A stretch of DNA of 64,000 bases, taken from contig DATDQB010000001.1 of assembly GCA_035292445.1 (NCBI GenBank), positions 7,530 through 71,529 on the forward strand, read 5' to 3'. Below the pieces are notes generated by a model. The model had not been told where the DNA came from and made no database searches. It saw only the letters and a program-made list of their open reading frames with translations. A program made the position numbers and the translations under genes. This DNA is from Candidatus Omnitrophota bacterium. Its GTDB lineage: Bacteria; Omnitrophota; Gorgyraeia; Zapsychrales; Zapsychraceae. Shown here one piece after another: positions 17,978-27,347 of the stretch (position 1 is the stretch's first letter; each line of letters begins with the position of its first letter).

Positions 17978-18007
17978 AATTACCACAATGTTTATTCCAG
18001 AGAAATT

Positions 18008-18039
18008 TGCGCCAACCCCGCCAGTGCGGGGTGGGCGCA
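18008..18039. repeat. GC-rich hairpin beginning with the tRNA 5' octamer TGCGCCCA (minus strand)
   Basis: TGCGCC-A-ACCCCGC-CAGT-GCGGGGT-G-GGCGCA. Confidence 0.6.
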
Positions 18040-18092
18040 TCTTTAAACAACGCAAAACTATATCATCAATCAATTTCACTGCAAAGAACTAT

Positions 18093-18551
18093 TTACTTTA
18101 CTGCCGGCTCTTCTTTGGGGTAAATGTCCGCGAACAGCCTCTCGTTGGAATCCAAACGCACATAGGCCAGCCTGAATTTTTTCATATGGTTCTGTGACCA
18201 AACAAAATCATTGGGTGATCTGAATTTGACCTCTTTGGCCGGGTTCATTTGCGAAACCGGATGGATGACAACGCTTTTCTCCAAGGGGCGATAGAGAATT
18301 TGCCCGTGAAAAGAAAGCCCCCTGATCTTAATATCAAACGCCGCATCATTGAGGATCTGAAAGACCAAATCGTTCCCGTCGTAACCCACAAAATAGGCCC
18401 TGACCTTCTCTTCTTTTAGAACGCCGAGATCTTCGGCAAAAACCGGTACAATTCCCCCTAAACAGCCAATAATGAGAACAAGGGCAACAACCAAGCTTTT
18501 TCTTATTTGGCCTCTCGCCTTAGGCATCTTCTTTGTCCGCTTCGAAGCCAT
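18093..18551 (-). CDS. Hypothetical exported protein
   Basis: Signal peptide ..PVFA/ED; overlaps xseB; no recognised domain. Confidence 0.65.
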   Translation of the reverse strand: MASKRTKKMPKARGQIRKSLVVALVLIIGCLGGIVPVFAEDLGVLKEEKVRAYFVGYDGNDLVFQILNDAAFDIKIRGLSFHGQILYRPLEKSVVIHPVSQMNPAKEVKFRSPNDFVWSQNHMKKFRLAYVRLDSNERLFADIYPKEEPAVK

Positions 18552-18729
18552 CGACCACTTTCTTGACTTCCAATTCGGCCTTTTCGATCTTTGCTTTACA
18601 CGACTTGATCAACGAAACGGCCTCCTTGACTTTATCGGCCAGCTCATCAACATCAATGGTTTCGTTCTCGATCTTTTGTATGATCTCTTCCAATTTCTCG
18701 ATGGATTTACTGTATTTGGCATCCGTCAT
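18520..18729 (-). CDS. xseB: Exodeoxyribonuclease VII small subunit
   Basis: YSKSIEKLEEIIQKIE...CKAKIEKAELEV; follows xseA. Confidence 0.9.
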   Translation of the reverse strand: MTDAKYSKSIEKLEEIIQKIENETIDVDELADKVKEAVSLIKSCKAKIEKAELEVKKVVDGFEADKEDA

Positions 18730-18733
18730 TTGT

Positions 18734-20071
18734 TTACTCCTTACTGATTTTGACCACTTGGCTTTCAATCGTTCCTTTGGCCAATTCCGTTGTGATCTTA
18801 ACCTCGGCATGCAGGCCGGTTGTGTTTTTTAACAATTTTCCCTCACCCGTGCGGGTGATGCTGAAACCCCTTTTCATTGTATTGACGGGACTGGCTACGT
18901 CAATGATCTTTTGATACCCTTGCAGTTTTGATTTATCGTTATGCACACGCGATTTAACCGACTTGGCCAGTGTCTCCCGGTAACGAATGAGATTCTTATG
19001 ATGCTCTCTTAATATGAGAGAAGGACGGGTTTTAACAGCCTCCGCCATACGAATAATATGAGCGCTGTGGTCTTTGAAAAATTGATGCGTCGAAGATTGT
19101 AAACCAAGCGCGCGACCTTTAAGTTCCGCCTTTTCCTCCTCAATCATATCAAAAGCCTTTTCGATAATTCCTTCCTGATACCGATCCAACTGCTCACAAA
19201 AATCTTGAATACGCTCAACTAGGAATTTGGCGATAGCCGTCGGGGTCTTGGCATGCGTATGGGCCGCCAGGTCCGTGACGGTTATATTGATCTCATGGCC
19301 GATCCCGCTAAGAACCGGAAGTGTTGAGGCGGCGATCCTTTTGACTATCATTTCGCTGTCGAAGCAGCTCAGCTCCGAAAGGCTCCCTCCACCGCGGGTG
19401 ATGACAATGGCGTCCAACCCTTTGATACGGCTTAGATCCTCCATGGCCGAACACACGTCTTTTTCCGCTTTTTTCCCCTGCATCAAAGAGTTACGCAAAT
19501 AAACCTTAAAACCGTAACCGCTCTTTTTTAATTCGGAGAGAAAGTCATTATAAGCCGCCGAATCATCGGAGGTGACAACGCCGACATGCAAAGGAACCCG
19601 CGTCAGCTCGAGCTGTTTATTCTTATCCAAGGCCCCTTCTTCTTTCAAACGGGCTATGAGCTTCTGCTTTTCCTGGGCCATTTTGCCCAACGTGAAAAAA
19701 GGATCGATGCTTTCAACGCTCAGACGGACCCGCCCGTGCGGCGGATAAAAATCCACCTGGCATAAAAATTTGACCTCGATATCATCCCTGATCTCAAAGA
19801 CGTCTTCCGCCGATCTACAAACGGTTTCGATAGCGCCTTTTTTGCCGGCCCAGATCACCAGATCGATGGTCGCTTTTTGCTGATGGGAATCAGGGTCTTT
19901 CTCGACCAGCTGGAAAAAAATATGGTTCTTGCCCTTCTGCCGGTCATAACCCTGGATCTCGCCGCAGACCCATACCGGCTGGGGAAATCCGGCCTGGATC
20001 ACATCCTTGATAAAGGTGTTCAGTTGGGATACGGTTAGAAATTCTTCATTCATCGGGAAAAGTTCTTTCAT
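18734..20071 (-). CDS. xseA: Exodeoxyribonuclease VII large subunit
   Basis: LTVSQLN, VWVCGEI, ITRGGGS, SGIGHE, TPTA, MKRGFSIT. Confidence 0.95.
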   Translation of the reverse strand: MKELFPMNEEFLTVSQLNTFIKDVIQAGFPQPVWVCGEIQGYDRQKGKNHIFFQLVEKDPDSHQQKATIDLVIWAGKKGAIETVCRSAEDVFEIRDDIEVKFLCQVDFYPPHGRVRLSVESIDPFFTLGKMAQEKQKLIARLKEEGALDKNKQLELTRVPLHVGVVTSDDSAAYNDFLSELKKSGYGFKVYLRNSLMQGKKAEKDVCSAMEDLSRIKGLDAIVITRGGGSLSELSCFDSEMIVKRIAASTLPVLSGIGHEINITVTDLAAHTHAKTPTAIAKFLVERIQDFCEQLDRYQEGIIEKAFDMIEEEKAELKGRALGLQSSTHQFFKDHSAHIIRMAEAVKTRPSLILREHHKNLIRYRETLAKSVKSRVHNDKSKLQGYQKIIDVASPVNTMKRGFSITRTGEGKLLKNTTGLHAEVKITTELAKGTIESQVVKISKE

Positions 20072-20786
20072 CCGTTTCTTCTCTAAAATTCAACTGTTCG
20101 CCCAGGCGGGTCTTAATCTGATAATATAATTCCACCTGCGCGATCATCAGATACGGCATGATCAATACCGCCATCACCTTATGGATCCCGCTACCTAACG
20201 ATGGATAAAGCTTCGACCCTAATTGGAAAATAAGTTCGGGGATCAAGGAAATGCCTATGACAATAAAAAGGTAGCTCAAGACTTTCCAAAAGAACGGCCG
20301 GACCAGCCGCGCGCTCCATTGAAAAGATGAGCGGAATTTGGCATTTTCTACCACGACCAAGATATCGGTAAACAAAAAGACCGTGGCAAAATATAAACCC
20401 GGCAAGACGAATAAAATAAACCCGAAGCCCATGATAAAAAGTAACGTCAAATAGACGGCCAAATAAAGCGCGTATTTTCGACGGGCAACACTTAAAGCTT
20501 GATCGAAGGTCACTGCCTTCCCTTGGACCAACTGGGAACTGGCATGAATAATGGCGATTGAAGCCCAGGAAGCCAAAAGGATGTTGATAACGGCTTTGAA
20601 AAAAAGCAATTCTTCATTCTTCAAAGTCAATCTCGATAAAATAAGGCCGCCCACCTCGCCTAAAATGGCATAAACCAGGCTGACCGTCACAAATAATTGG
20701 AACGCCTGCTGATACCTTTGAAGGGCACTCCGAAGGACCTGGCTTAAAAAAATAGGATTGTCTCCAATATGATATTCATCGGACAT
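20046..20786 (-). CDS. Integral membrane protein (hypothetical)
   Basis: About 6 hydrophobic segments, GFILFVLPGLY motif. Confidence 0.7.
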   Translation of the reverse strand: MSDEYHIGDNPIFLSQVLRSALQRYQQAFQLFVTVSLVYAILGEVGGLILSRLTLKNEELLFFKAVINILLASWASIAIIHASSQLVQGKAVTFDQALSVARRKYALYLAVYLTLLFIMGFGFILFVLPGLYFATVFLFTDILVVVENAKFRSSFQWSARLVRPFFWKVLSYLFIVIGISLIPELIFQLGSKLYPSLGSGIHKVMAVLIMPYLMIAQVELYYQIKTRLGEQLNFREETDERTFPDE

Positions 20787-20788
20787 GA

Positions 20789-21295
20789 TTAACTCCCTAA
20801 TAGAGTAAAATAAATATCGTAGTCCTCTTGCGAGAAACAGGCGAAAATGACTTGTTCGAGCGTTTGTTCCTTTGAAGCAAATGCCTTTACGGTTGCTACG
20901 GCAATCCGCGCGGCCGGTTCCTTGGGAAAACGATAAACTCCTGTGCTGATGCAGGGAAAAGCGATCGTTTTTAACTTATGCTGATCGGCGATTTCCAATG
21001 AACGCCGGTAACAACCGGCCAACAGCTCCTCTTCTCTGCCTTTTCCTCCGTGCCAAACAGGACCGACGGCGTGAATGACGTGCTTCGCCGCCAAACTATA
21101 TCCTTTCGTGATTTTGGCCTCGCCCGTTGGGCAGCCGCCCAAGGCACGGCACTCCTCAAGAAGCTTTTCCCCGGCGGCGCGATGAATGGCGCCGTCCACA
21201 CCGCCGCCGCCCAGTAAAGACGTATTGGCGGCATTAACGATCGCATCCACCTTCAATTTTGTGATATCCCCCAAATAAACTTTCAGCTCTATCAT
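20789..21295 (-). CDS. Macrodomain O-acetyl-ADP-ribose deacetylase (YmdB-like)
   Basis: [44 protein letters not shown]. Confidence 0.93.
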   Translation of the reverse strand: MIELKVYLGDITKLKVDAIVNAANTSLLGGGGVDGAIHRAAGEKLLEECRALGGCPTGEAKITKGYSLAAKHVIHAVGPVWHGGKGREEELLAGCYRRSLEIADQHKLKTIAFPCISTGVYRFPKEPAARIAVATVKAFASKEQTLEQVIFACFSQEDYDIYFTLLGS

Positions 21296-21621
21296 TATTT
21301 ACACAAAGCCAGTTTTAACGTGACGTGCTCCTCATCCGACCATGGCCAAAACATGGCGATGACCGTCCCTTCGGATGTATCCTTCCTGAATAACATTTGA
21401 TTGGCATAAATACCGCCGAAACTTTCCGCTATTTTCTGGTCTTCAGGGCTGGGTTTTTCTCCGGCAGGTTTGACCGCCGGGCCAAGCTCCTGTTCCAGGA
21501 TCTTTTGCCATGCTTGCAAATCCCGGTAAGAAAAAACGAGTTCATTGTAATTCGCGGTACTGCTTCTTTGCTCAAAGACCGTCAGCGTACTGCATTTTCC
21601 CATGATCTTGGCCAAATCCAT
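21295..21621 (-). CDS. Hypothetical protein
   Basis: Operonic ORF with AAGGAG RBS; translationally coupled to the macrodomain gene. Confidence 0.7.
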   Translation of the reverse strand: MDLAKIMGKCSTLTVFEQRSSTANYNELVFSYRDLQAWQKILEQELGPAVKPAGEKPSPEDQKIAESFGGIYANQMLFRKDTSEGTVIAMFWPWSDEEHVTLKLALCK

Positions 21622-21660
21622 CCGTTGTTCTCCTTTTCACAAAATAAAAAACGGCCCTTA

Positions 21661-22977
21661 TCAATTAAATTGATTATTATTCATGAACCGCACAATATGA
21701 TTATCCAATAAGATATGGTGCTTTTGAATAGGCCGCTTGAGGATGAGCCCTTCGAAATTGGTGCAACGGCTTAAGGCCACGTAAATTTGTCCCGGGGCAA
21801 AAGTTCCCTCGCCGATATCGACAATGACTTTGGAAAACGTCTTGCCCTGGCTTTTGTGGATGGTCACGGCCCAGGCCAGCCGGAGAGGAAACTGCGTAAA
21901 AGAGCCGACCGTTTCGGATTCGACCCTCTGGCTTTCTTCATTGTAAAAGAACTGGAACATTTCCCAGCTAAAGGGCGTCACGTGGACAATGGTGCCGTCC
22001 ATGATCTCCACCTTGATCATCGCTTCATCCTCGTGGAAAGAAAGGACGCGGCCGATGGTGCCGTTGATCCAGCGGCTCATAGGATCGTTATTCAAAAGCA
22101 TGACCTGGGCGCCTATTTTTAAGTTCAGCACTTCATTGGTCGGGAGGTTTTTATTTTCGAAAGTCCCGCTCACTTCGCCTTCATAGCGAAAAGCTTGCGT
22201 GTCCAGTTCATCGAGGCGCTTTTGATTGATCTGATCCGCGACAGCATTGGTGGTTGTCAGGTAAACATAAAATTCATCGCGGTCAGGTTCGAAATCCGGC
22301 TTATAGCGCGTGTTCAAATGACGGATATGTTCCGGCGTGGCCGACTTGATCCTGATCTGCCCTAACAGATGGATGAAATCCTCCTCTTTCTGGCGATAGA
22401 TCTTATCCAATTCCAGATAATGCATCTTCAGGTACGGATAGGATTTGGCGTCGAAAAAATACGGGCTTTTATAAAACCCTTCGAAGATCGACCTCTCCTC
22501 GAAGTTAACGACCGGCGGCAATTGATATAGATCGCCGATAAAGACCATCTGAACGCCCCCGAAAGGAAGACCTTCATGGGGCCCGTACAATTGTAAGAAC
22601 TGATCGATGCAATCCAGCAGATCCGCGCGGACCATAGAGATCTCATCGATGATGATCGTGTCGATATGCCCGCACATCGCCCGCCTTGATTTGGGGACGC
22701 GCAACGAGCCGACCGCTTCAGGGGTGATGTCCGGCTTGAACCCAAAGAACGAATGAATGGTCTGGCCGCGGACATTGATGGCGGCAACCCCCGTTGGGGC
22801 CAACACGGCCACATTTTTTGATGTGTGGTCCCGAAAATAGTTAAGAAGCGTGGATTTGCCCGTTCCGGCCTTACCGGTAATGAAAATATTTTTATTGGTT
22901 TCATCCAGCAGGCCGCAGGCCTTTTCAAATTTCTCGTTGAAATCCAAGCTGTCGTATGCGATGGTTTTCGGCTTCAT
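21661..22977 (-). CDS. PIF1/RecD-like SF1B DNA helicase
   Basis: GKAGTGKS, LAPTGVAA, IIDEISMV, GDLYQLPPV, FPLRLAWAVTIHKSQGKT, YVALSR. Confidence 0.92.
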   Translation of the reverse strand: MKPKTIAYDSLDFNEKFEKACGLLDETNKNIFITGKAGTGKSTLLNYFRDHTSKNVAVLAPTGVAAINVRGQTIHSFFGFKPDITPEAVGSLRVPKSRRAMCGHIDTIIIDEISMVRADLLDCIDQFLQLYGPHEGLPFGGVQMVFIGDLYQLPPVVNFEERSIFEGFYKSPYFFDAKSYPYLKMHYLELDKIYRQKEEDFIHLLGQIRIKSATPEHIRHLNTRYKPDFEPDRDEFYVYLTTTNAVADQINQKRLDELDTQAFRYEGEVSGTFENKNLPTNEVLNLKIGAQVMLLNNDPMSRWINGTIGRVLSFHEDEAMIKVEIMDGTIVHVTPFSWEMFQFFYNEESQRVESETVGSFTQFPLRLAWAVTIHKSQGKTFSKVIVDIGEGTFAPGQIYVALSRCTNFEGLILKRPIQKHHILLDNHIVRFMNNNQFN

Positions 22978-23478
22978 TTAGCAAAACCGGCTTAAAAAGT
23001 TGATAACCTCATGGTGGGTCAAAATGCCTTCGATGCGCTTCTCTTTGTCCACGATAGGAATGCAACTCAATTTCTTATTGGCCATGTGAAGGATGGCTTC
23101 CGCCAGCGTATCTTCTTGTGTCAACGTCAAGGGATTCTTCTGCATGACTTTTGAAAGAATGTAACTGTCCAGCATATCTTTGGTATAAAACGCATCCTCC
23201 CCATCGCGCAAAAGATCGGGCCGGTATTCCATTTCTTCGCTGACGATCTTGCGCGGGGAGCGTGTCTTGTATAAATACTTCTGGCTGATCAATCCGAGCA
23301 CTTTGCGCTCATTATCGACCACAACCAGATGCGTCACGTTATCAGCGGTAAATTTCACATGGGCCTCGCTAAGCTCATCATCCACATTAATGGTCAGCGC
23401 ATGCTTGTTCATCAGGAATTTGAGCTTCGTTTGTTTGAGGACATCAAAATGGTCTGATTTATGGGGCGGACCTTCCAT
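22978..23478 (-). CDS. CBS domain pair protein
   Basis: HLVVVD..VLGLIS and CIPIVD..IEGILT CBS motifs. Confidence 0.85.
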   Translation of the reverse strand: MEGPPHKSDHFDVLKQTKLKFLMNKHALTINVDDELSEAHVKFTADNVTHLVVVDNERKVLGLISQKYLYKTRSPRKIVSEEMEYRPDLLRDGEDAFYTKDMLDSYILSKVMQKNPLTLTQEDTLAEAILHMANKKLSCIPIVDKEKRIEGILTHHEVINFLSRFC

Positions 23479-23501
23479 ATCAGCCTCCTTCTCGTAGTCA
23501 T

Positions 23502-24875
23502 CTATTGCCCGTACAGCTGCAGCATTTGCTCGATCGTTGCTTCATTCTCAACGGCCTTTTCCTGCATTTTTTTCATTTGCTCTTCGGTATCGGCATGCAA
23601 TTTGCGCTCCAACTCAGAGACTCTTTGCTGGTCCGATACCTTCCAAGCCCTCTTCGGCAGCTCTTCGGCCGGAACAAGCCCCATTTCTTCCTTCAACCCT
23701 TCCAGGTCGATGTTCTTATGGGCAGCAACCACTTTCAACGTCGCTTCGCTCTCGTATAACCACTGTGCCATGGCAGTTAAAAGAGGCTGGGACTCTTGTA
23801 TTATTGCCTGATAAGCCTTTTTTCTCTGTGGCTCTTGTTGCTTGTATTCCTCGATCAATGTAGTGAAATCAACAACCCGCGTGCTCTTCAAACGTTCAAA
23901 AACCCCATTGGTGATCTGCTGGGCCTGGGAGAAGCGTTCGGCTAAATGCTGATGATGCGCATTTAAATTTCCCAACGCGACGTCTTGCTCTTTCTCGATG
24001 CGGTCAAAGATCTTGACCAACTTTGCCATGTCATCGGCATCCGCTTCAGTCAAATTCTCCACCAATGCGTCCAATTCTTCTTCAAACTGCTGGTTATTTT
24101 CCTTTAATTTGTCATTGGTCCCCTGCGTGTTATTAAGGAAAAATTTGTACTCATGCTCCAAGATCAACGCTAATTCCGTCAAATCTGCCAACTGACCAAG
24201 CGGTTGGATGAGATTTTGATCCATATAAAAAGCGATCTGATTGTCGATGGCCTGTACGCTTTCCTTCAGGCAAACAGACATATCGGTGCACCCCCAACGC
24301 GAAGCTTCAAAGGGGCTCGTCAAGATATCATGCGTTTCCAAAAGAATCTTATTAATAATGGACAACTCTTGATCCGGCCTCATGATGATCGTCTTCGCCA
24401 GATTCAGGATTTGTTCATGCTGGGCCGTCAACTGCTGCCCTCGAAGCGTAACATCCGGCTGCTGGGCCAATTGAATGATCTGTTCTTGATACGGGTCCAT
24501 CAATTCATTTTGTGCTTTTAACCGGTCAAATTCGCCCTGAATAACAGGAATGAGCTTGATAATCTCTTCATAAAATTGCCGGTTGAGCTCCATCAAAGCC
24601 GTCGTGTTTTCAGTCCGGGTTTTGAGAAAATCATTTTTACGAGCGTCGGCCATCTTAAGTTTATTTTGTAACTCAGATACATGCTGTTGCAGGTCGATGG
24701 TTTCGACTTTTTTGGACCAGTAGCTGTCATCTTTATCCGTAGATGTCAGACCGCCCTTGGCCAAGAGTTCTTGCAAAGGAGTCACGCCGCCCCGCTCATG
24801 AAGCGCCTTTTGGTAGGAATAGAAAGCCATCGCGACAATGGCTATAACGACAATTATAAAGGTTCGGTCACCCAT
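23502..24875 (-). CDS. Membrane-anchored long helical/coiled-coil hypothetical protein
   Basis: N-terminal TM, then a Q/E/L-rich helical body of 457 aa. Confidence 0.75.
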   Translation of the reverse strand: MGDRTFIIVVIAIVAMAFYSYQKALHERGGVTPLQELLAKGGLTSTDKDDSYWSKKVETIDLQQHVSELQNKLKMADARKNDFLKTRTENTTALMELNRQFYEEIIKLIPVIQGEFDRLKAQNELMDPYQEQIIQLAQQPDVTLRGQQLTAQHEQILNLAKTIIMRPDQELSIINKILLETHDILTSPFEASRWGCTDMSVCLKESVQAIDNQIAFYMDQNLIQPLGQLADLTELALILEHEYKFFLNNTQGTNDKLKENNQQFEEELDALVENLTEADADDMAKLVKIFDRIEKEQDVALGNLNAHHQHLAERFSQAQQITNGVFERLKSTRVVDFTTLIEEYKQQEPQRKKAYQAIIQESQPLLTAMAQWLYESEATLKVVAAHKNIDLEGLKEEMGLVPAEELPKRAWKVSDQQRVSELERKLHADTEEQMKKMQEKAVENEATIEQMLQLYGQ

Positions 24876-24914
24876 TTATCATTTATGAATATTAGTATTG
24901 ATATAAGTAGGCTT

Positions 24915-24943
24915 ATTCTAACCCGAATCGGATTATTTCTCAA
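24915..24943 (-). promoter_or_regulatory. Sigma70-type promoter
   Basis: TTGAGA-N17-TAGAAT upstream of 24875. Confidence 0.55.
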
Positions 24944-24964
24944 GCGTCCAACAATAAAAACAGA

Positions 24965-25180
24965 CTATTGGGTTGCCGGGCCTTTCATGGCATCTGCTGA
25001 CGAAGACTGCAGAACTTTACCCGTAATCGGGCACATCTTACCGGCTTTCGAGCCAAAAGGACAAAAAGAAGATTTGGAAGTTCCGTAAGGGTACTTTAGC
25101 GTACACCAAATCCCTCCTAAAAAAAACGTATTAGTGGCAAGCAGCACAACGACCGTGATCCTATAAAATGAATCTCTCAT
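24965..25180 (-). CDS. Small membrane protein with two Cys-Pro motifs
   Basis: AAGGAG RBS, TM helix, CPFGSK..MCPITGK. Confidence 0.6.
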   Translation of the reverse strand: MRDSFYRITVVVLLATNTFFLGGIWCTLKYPYGTSKSSFCPFGSKAGKMCPITGKVLQSSSADAMKGPATQ

Positions 25181-25215
25181 TTCAACAACTCCTTTTTACA
25201 TGGTTAAAACGGTTC

Positions 25216-25828
25216 TTAAAATGCGGCCTCCGGAGCGCTGGCAAACGCCCTTTCTTCACTGGTCGGACGCCGATCAAAAATGGGGTTGCGATGGGGAAAA
25301 CGGCCGAATTTCTTGATGGTATCGTAATGTTTCTGCGCATAATCAAAGACCCTTTGATAAAAGGCCAAATTCGCATCAGCGTTTTCCTGCGCCTCTTTGA
25401 CCAACCGCCTGAAATGCATCATAGACATTTCCTGAAGTTCCCTGTTCTCGGAATGCATAAGCGGAAAGTAAAAAAACATCCGTTGATATAAGGGGAGCCC
25501 TTCATCCATCCCTGACTTTAACGCCCTTAAACCATATTCCAGGGCTTTGAGCTCGTAATTAAAGGCCTCTCTTCCCCTGATAAATACGCCGCGGAAACTG
25601 ATCCAATAAAATGACAAGCGCCAATTGCCCCTCCGGAGAATTCTTCCATTGGTCATATCCGCCTTTGGCCGCTTTGTCCACATCGTCCCTGAATCGCTGC
25701 TGGATAATGGCACCCACGGCTTCATCTTGGCCAAACCAACGCCGGGCGTATTCGCGTTCAGGAGAAAGAATGGTCTCTGCCCCGACTCCCTCGAACCAAA
25801 AATTGATAATGTCTTCTTGTCTTGTCAT
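25216..25828 (-). pseudogene. DUF924 family gene split by a frameshift
   Basis: N-half IINFWF..RWF..LDQFPRRIYQG (25559..25828) and C-half EAFNYE..FYFPLMHSE..FGRFPHRN are in different frames; shift at ~25567-25572. Confidence 0.85.
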
Positions 25829-25887
25829 AGAGAGATATCATTTTAACACAACCTTCCAAGGAGGAAAACCACTAATCTTCCAATAAT

Positions 25888-25918
25888 AAAAAAAGGACCA
25901 ATCATTCTTGATTGGTCC
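25888..25918 (-). terminator. Rho-independent terminator
   Basis: GGACCAATCA-N4-TGATTGGTCC stem followed by U7 on the minus strand. Confidence 0.8.
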
Positions 25919-25944
25919 CTTGGCTGAAGAGGCTGATAAGTGAA

Positions 25945-26226
25945 TTATTCCACTGGAAATGTTGCCATATCAATGGCCCCTGAGCCGGCTTTTTTCACCA
26001 CATGAAACGGTGACTCGATCAAACCTTTAAAAAGCCCTAAAACTTTGATGTCTGAACCATCATACCCCGCTTTGGTGTGATCATAAATAGCCAGCGGCGA
26101 CTTGGCGACATCAACTGCCCCTTTCGTGAATTTCTCCACTGGTTTGGGCAGGTCTCCCGCATAAACCAGCGCTGCCGTGCTGACGACAAATGCAAAAGCC
26201 ACTACCATGAGTAAGGCTTTTCTCAT
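25945..26226 (-). CDS. Small exported protein, resembles the TIGR04073 exosortase-associated family
   Basis: Strong RBS AAGGAGGT, signal peptide, KFTKGAVDVA...GAIDMATFP pattern. Confidence 0.55.
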   Translation of the reverse strand: MRKALLMVVAFAFVVSTAALVYAGDLPKPVEKFTKGAVDVAKSPLAIYDHTKAGYDGSDIKVLGLFKGLIESPFHVVKKAGSGAIDMATFPVE

Positions 26227-26348
26227 TGATCCCACCTCCTTAAGCCAAACAGCTAGCTCTAGTATAAGTATGCCACATGGGAGCTCATAAAGACAAAGGC
26301 AGGAAGAAACAGATAAATACTCTATATATAAAACGGAGGATTAATATA

Positions 26349-26795
26349 TTACCAGGGAGCGTATTGCATTTGGGTGCAGATGGCTTGGGTATTGCACAAA
26401 ATGGTCCCGTCGACCTGGATATAAAGCGTATAGGCATTGGTTAACCGTACAATATGGGCATAAACCGGATAATTAACCGAATTAATGGTCACATTCGGAG
26501 GTGAACCCGAACCGTTAAAATCTAAAACAGGCGCATTAAAATTCTTTAAATTTACAATATCCACATCTAAATAAGCAAGATTATACGACCCGATACGCCC
26601 CTCGGCCACATCGACATCCGCACTCAGCTGGGCCTGCAGTATGCTCTGAAGCACATGAAGGCCTTCTTTAGACCTGAAGAGTTCGATCGCTGTCCCAAGG
26701 CGCGGAATGGCCAGGGAAGCCAAGACCCCCAAGATAACAATGACGACCATGATCTCAATAATGGTAAAGGCATTTTTTTGTTTTCTATTATACAT
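26349..26795 (-). CDS. Type IV pilin / pseudopilin
   Basis: Class III signal KQKNA/FTIIEIMVVIVILGVLASLAIP; C-terminal Cys pair. Confidence 0.88.
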   Translation of the reverse strand: MYNRKQKNAFTIIEIMVVIVILGVLASLAIPRLGTAIELFRSKEGLHVLQSILQAQLSADVDVAEGRIGSYNLAYLDVDIVNLKNFNAPVLDFNGSGSPPNVTINSVNYPVYAHIVRLTNAYTLYIQVDGTILCNTQAICTQMQYAPW

Positions 26796-26825
26796 ACCAG
26801 CTCACCATTGATAAGTATATCACTA

Positions 26826-27347
26826 CTACCCGCCCCTTTCCCGCTCGAAAACATAAATTAACAATAGCCCTAACGCCGCACTGATACAATTTAACCGCAC
26901 ATCCACCAGTTCATAATATCTGTTGGGCAAGAAGCCTTGAATGCCTTCGTCGATCCAACCCAATAGGCCGGCCATTATAAAGGCCGAGACATAGGCCAAG
27001 GACCGCTTAACGTCCAGCCGAAGGGCACGGTAAAGAAAGTACGCTAATACGCCGTATTCGATAAAATGAATTTTTTCTGCGGGAAATCTAATTTTGGATA
27101 ACCCATAGATGTAACACAGGATGACAAAAGAGCAAAGGACATAACTGGACGGCTTACGAAATCCCCGGCGAAGCAGGTATCCGAAGATCAAACCCCCTAC
27201 CGCCAAAAGAACAACCATGTTGGTTAGAAGATCAAACGGCGTCCGTTCCTGAATGAATTCCACCAAACCGGGAACAAAATAAAGCGTGGAATAGATCAAC
27301 GTGACCCATCCCGCAACCCATGACCAATATTGTGCCCTGATACTCAC
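26826..27347 (-). CDS. VanZ family membrane protein
   Basis: EKIHFIEYGVL, GWIDEGIQGFLPNRYYELVDVRLN. Confidence 0.85.
   Translation of the reverse strand: MSIRAQYWSWVAGWVTLIYSTLYFVPGLVEFIQERTPFDLLTNMVVLLAVGGLIFGYLLRRGFRKPSSYVLCSFVILCYIYGLSKIRFPAEKIHFIEYGVLAYFLYRALRLDVKRSLAYVSAFIMAGLLGWIDEGIQGFLPNRYYELVDVRLNCISAALGLLLIYVFERERGG

Noticed and set aside
17400-18039. CRISPR array
   Set aside because: The repeats are inverted and irregular, with no constant repeat-spacer period and no cas genes
17885-18079. N-terminal extension of the 154-aa GIY-YIG ORF
   Set aside because: It reads through palindromes and tRNA-end remnants; the family start MFYVYIL is at 17884
26255-26300. Sigma54 promoter (TGGCAT-N5-TACT) upstream of the small exported protein
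   Set aside because: The -12 element lacks the conserved GC; too weak to call
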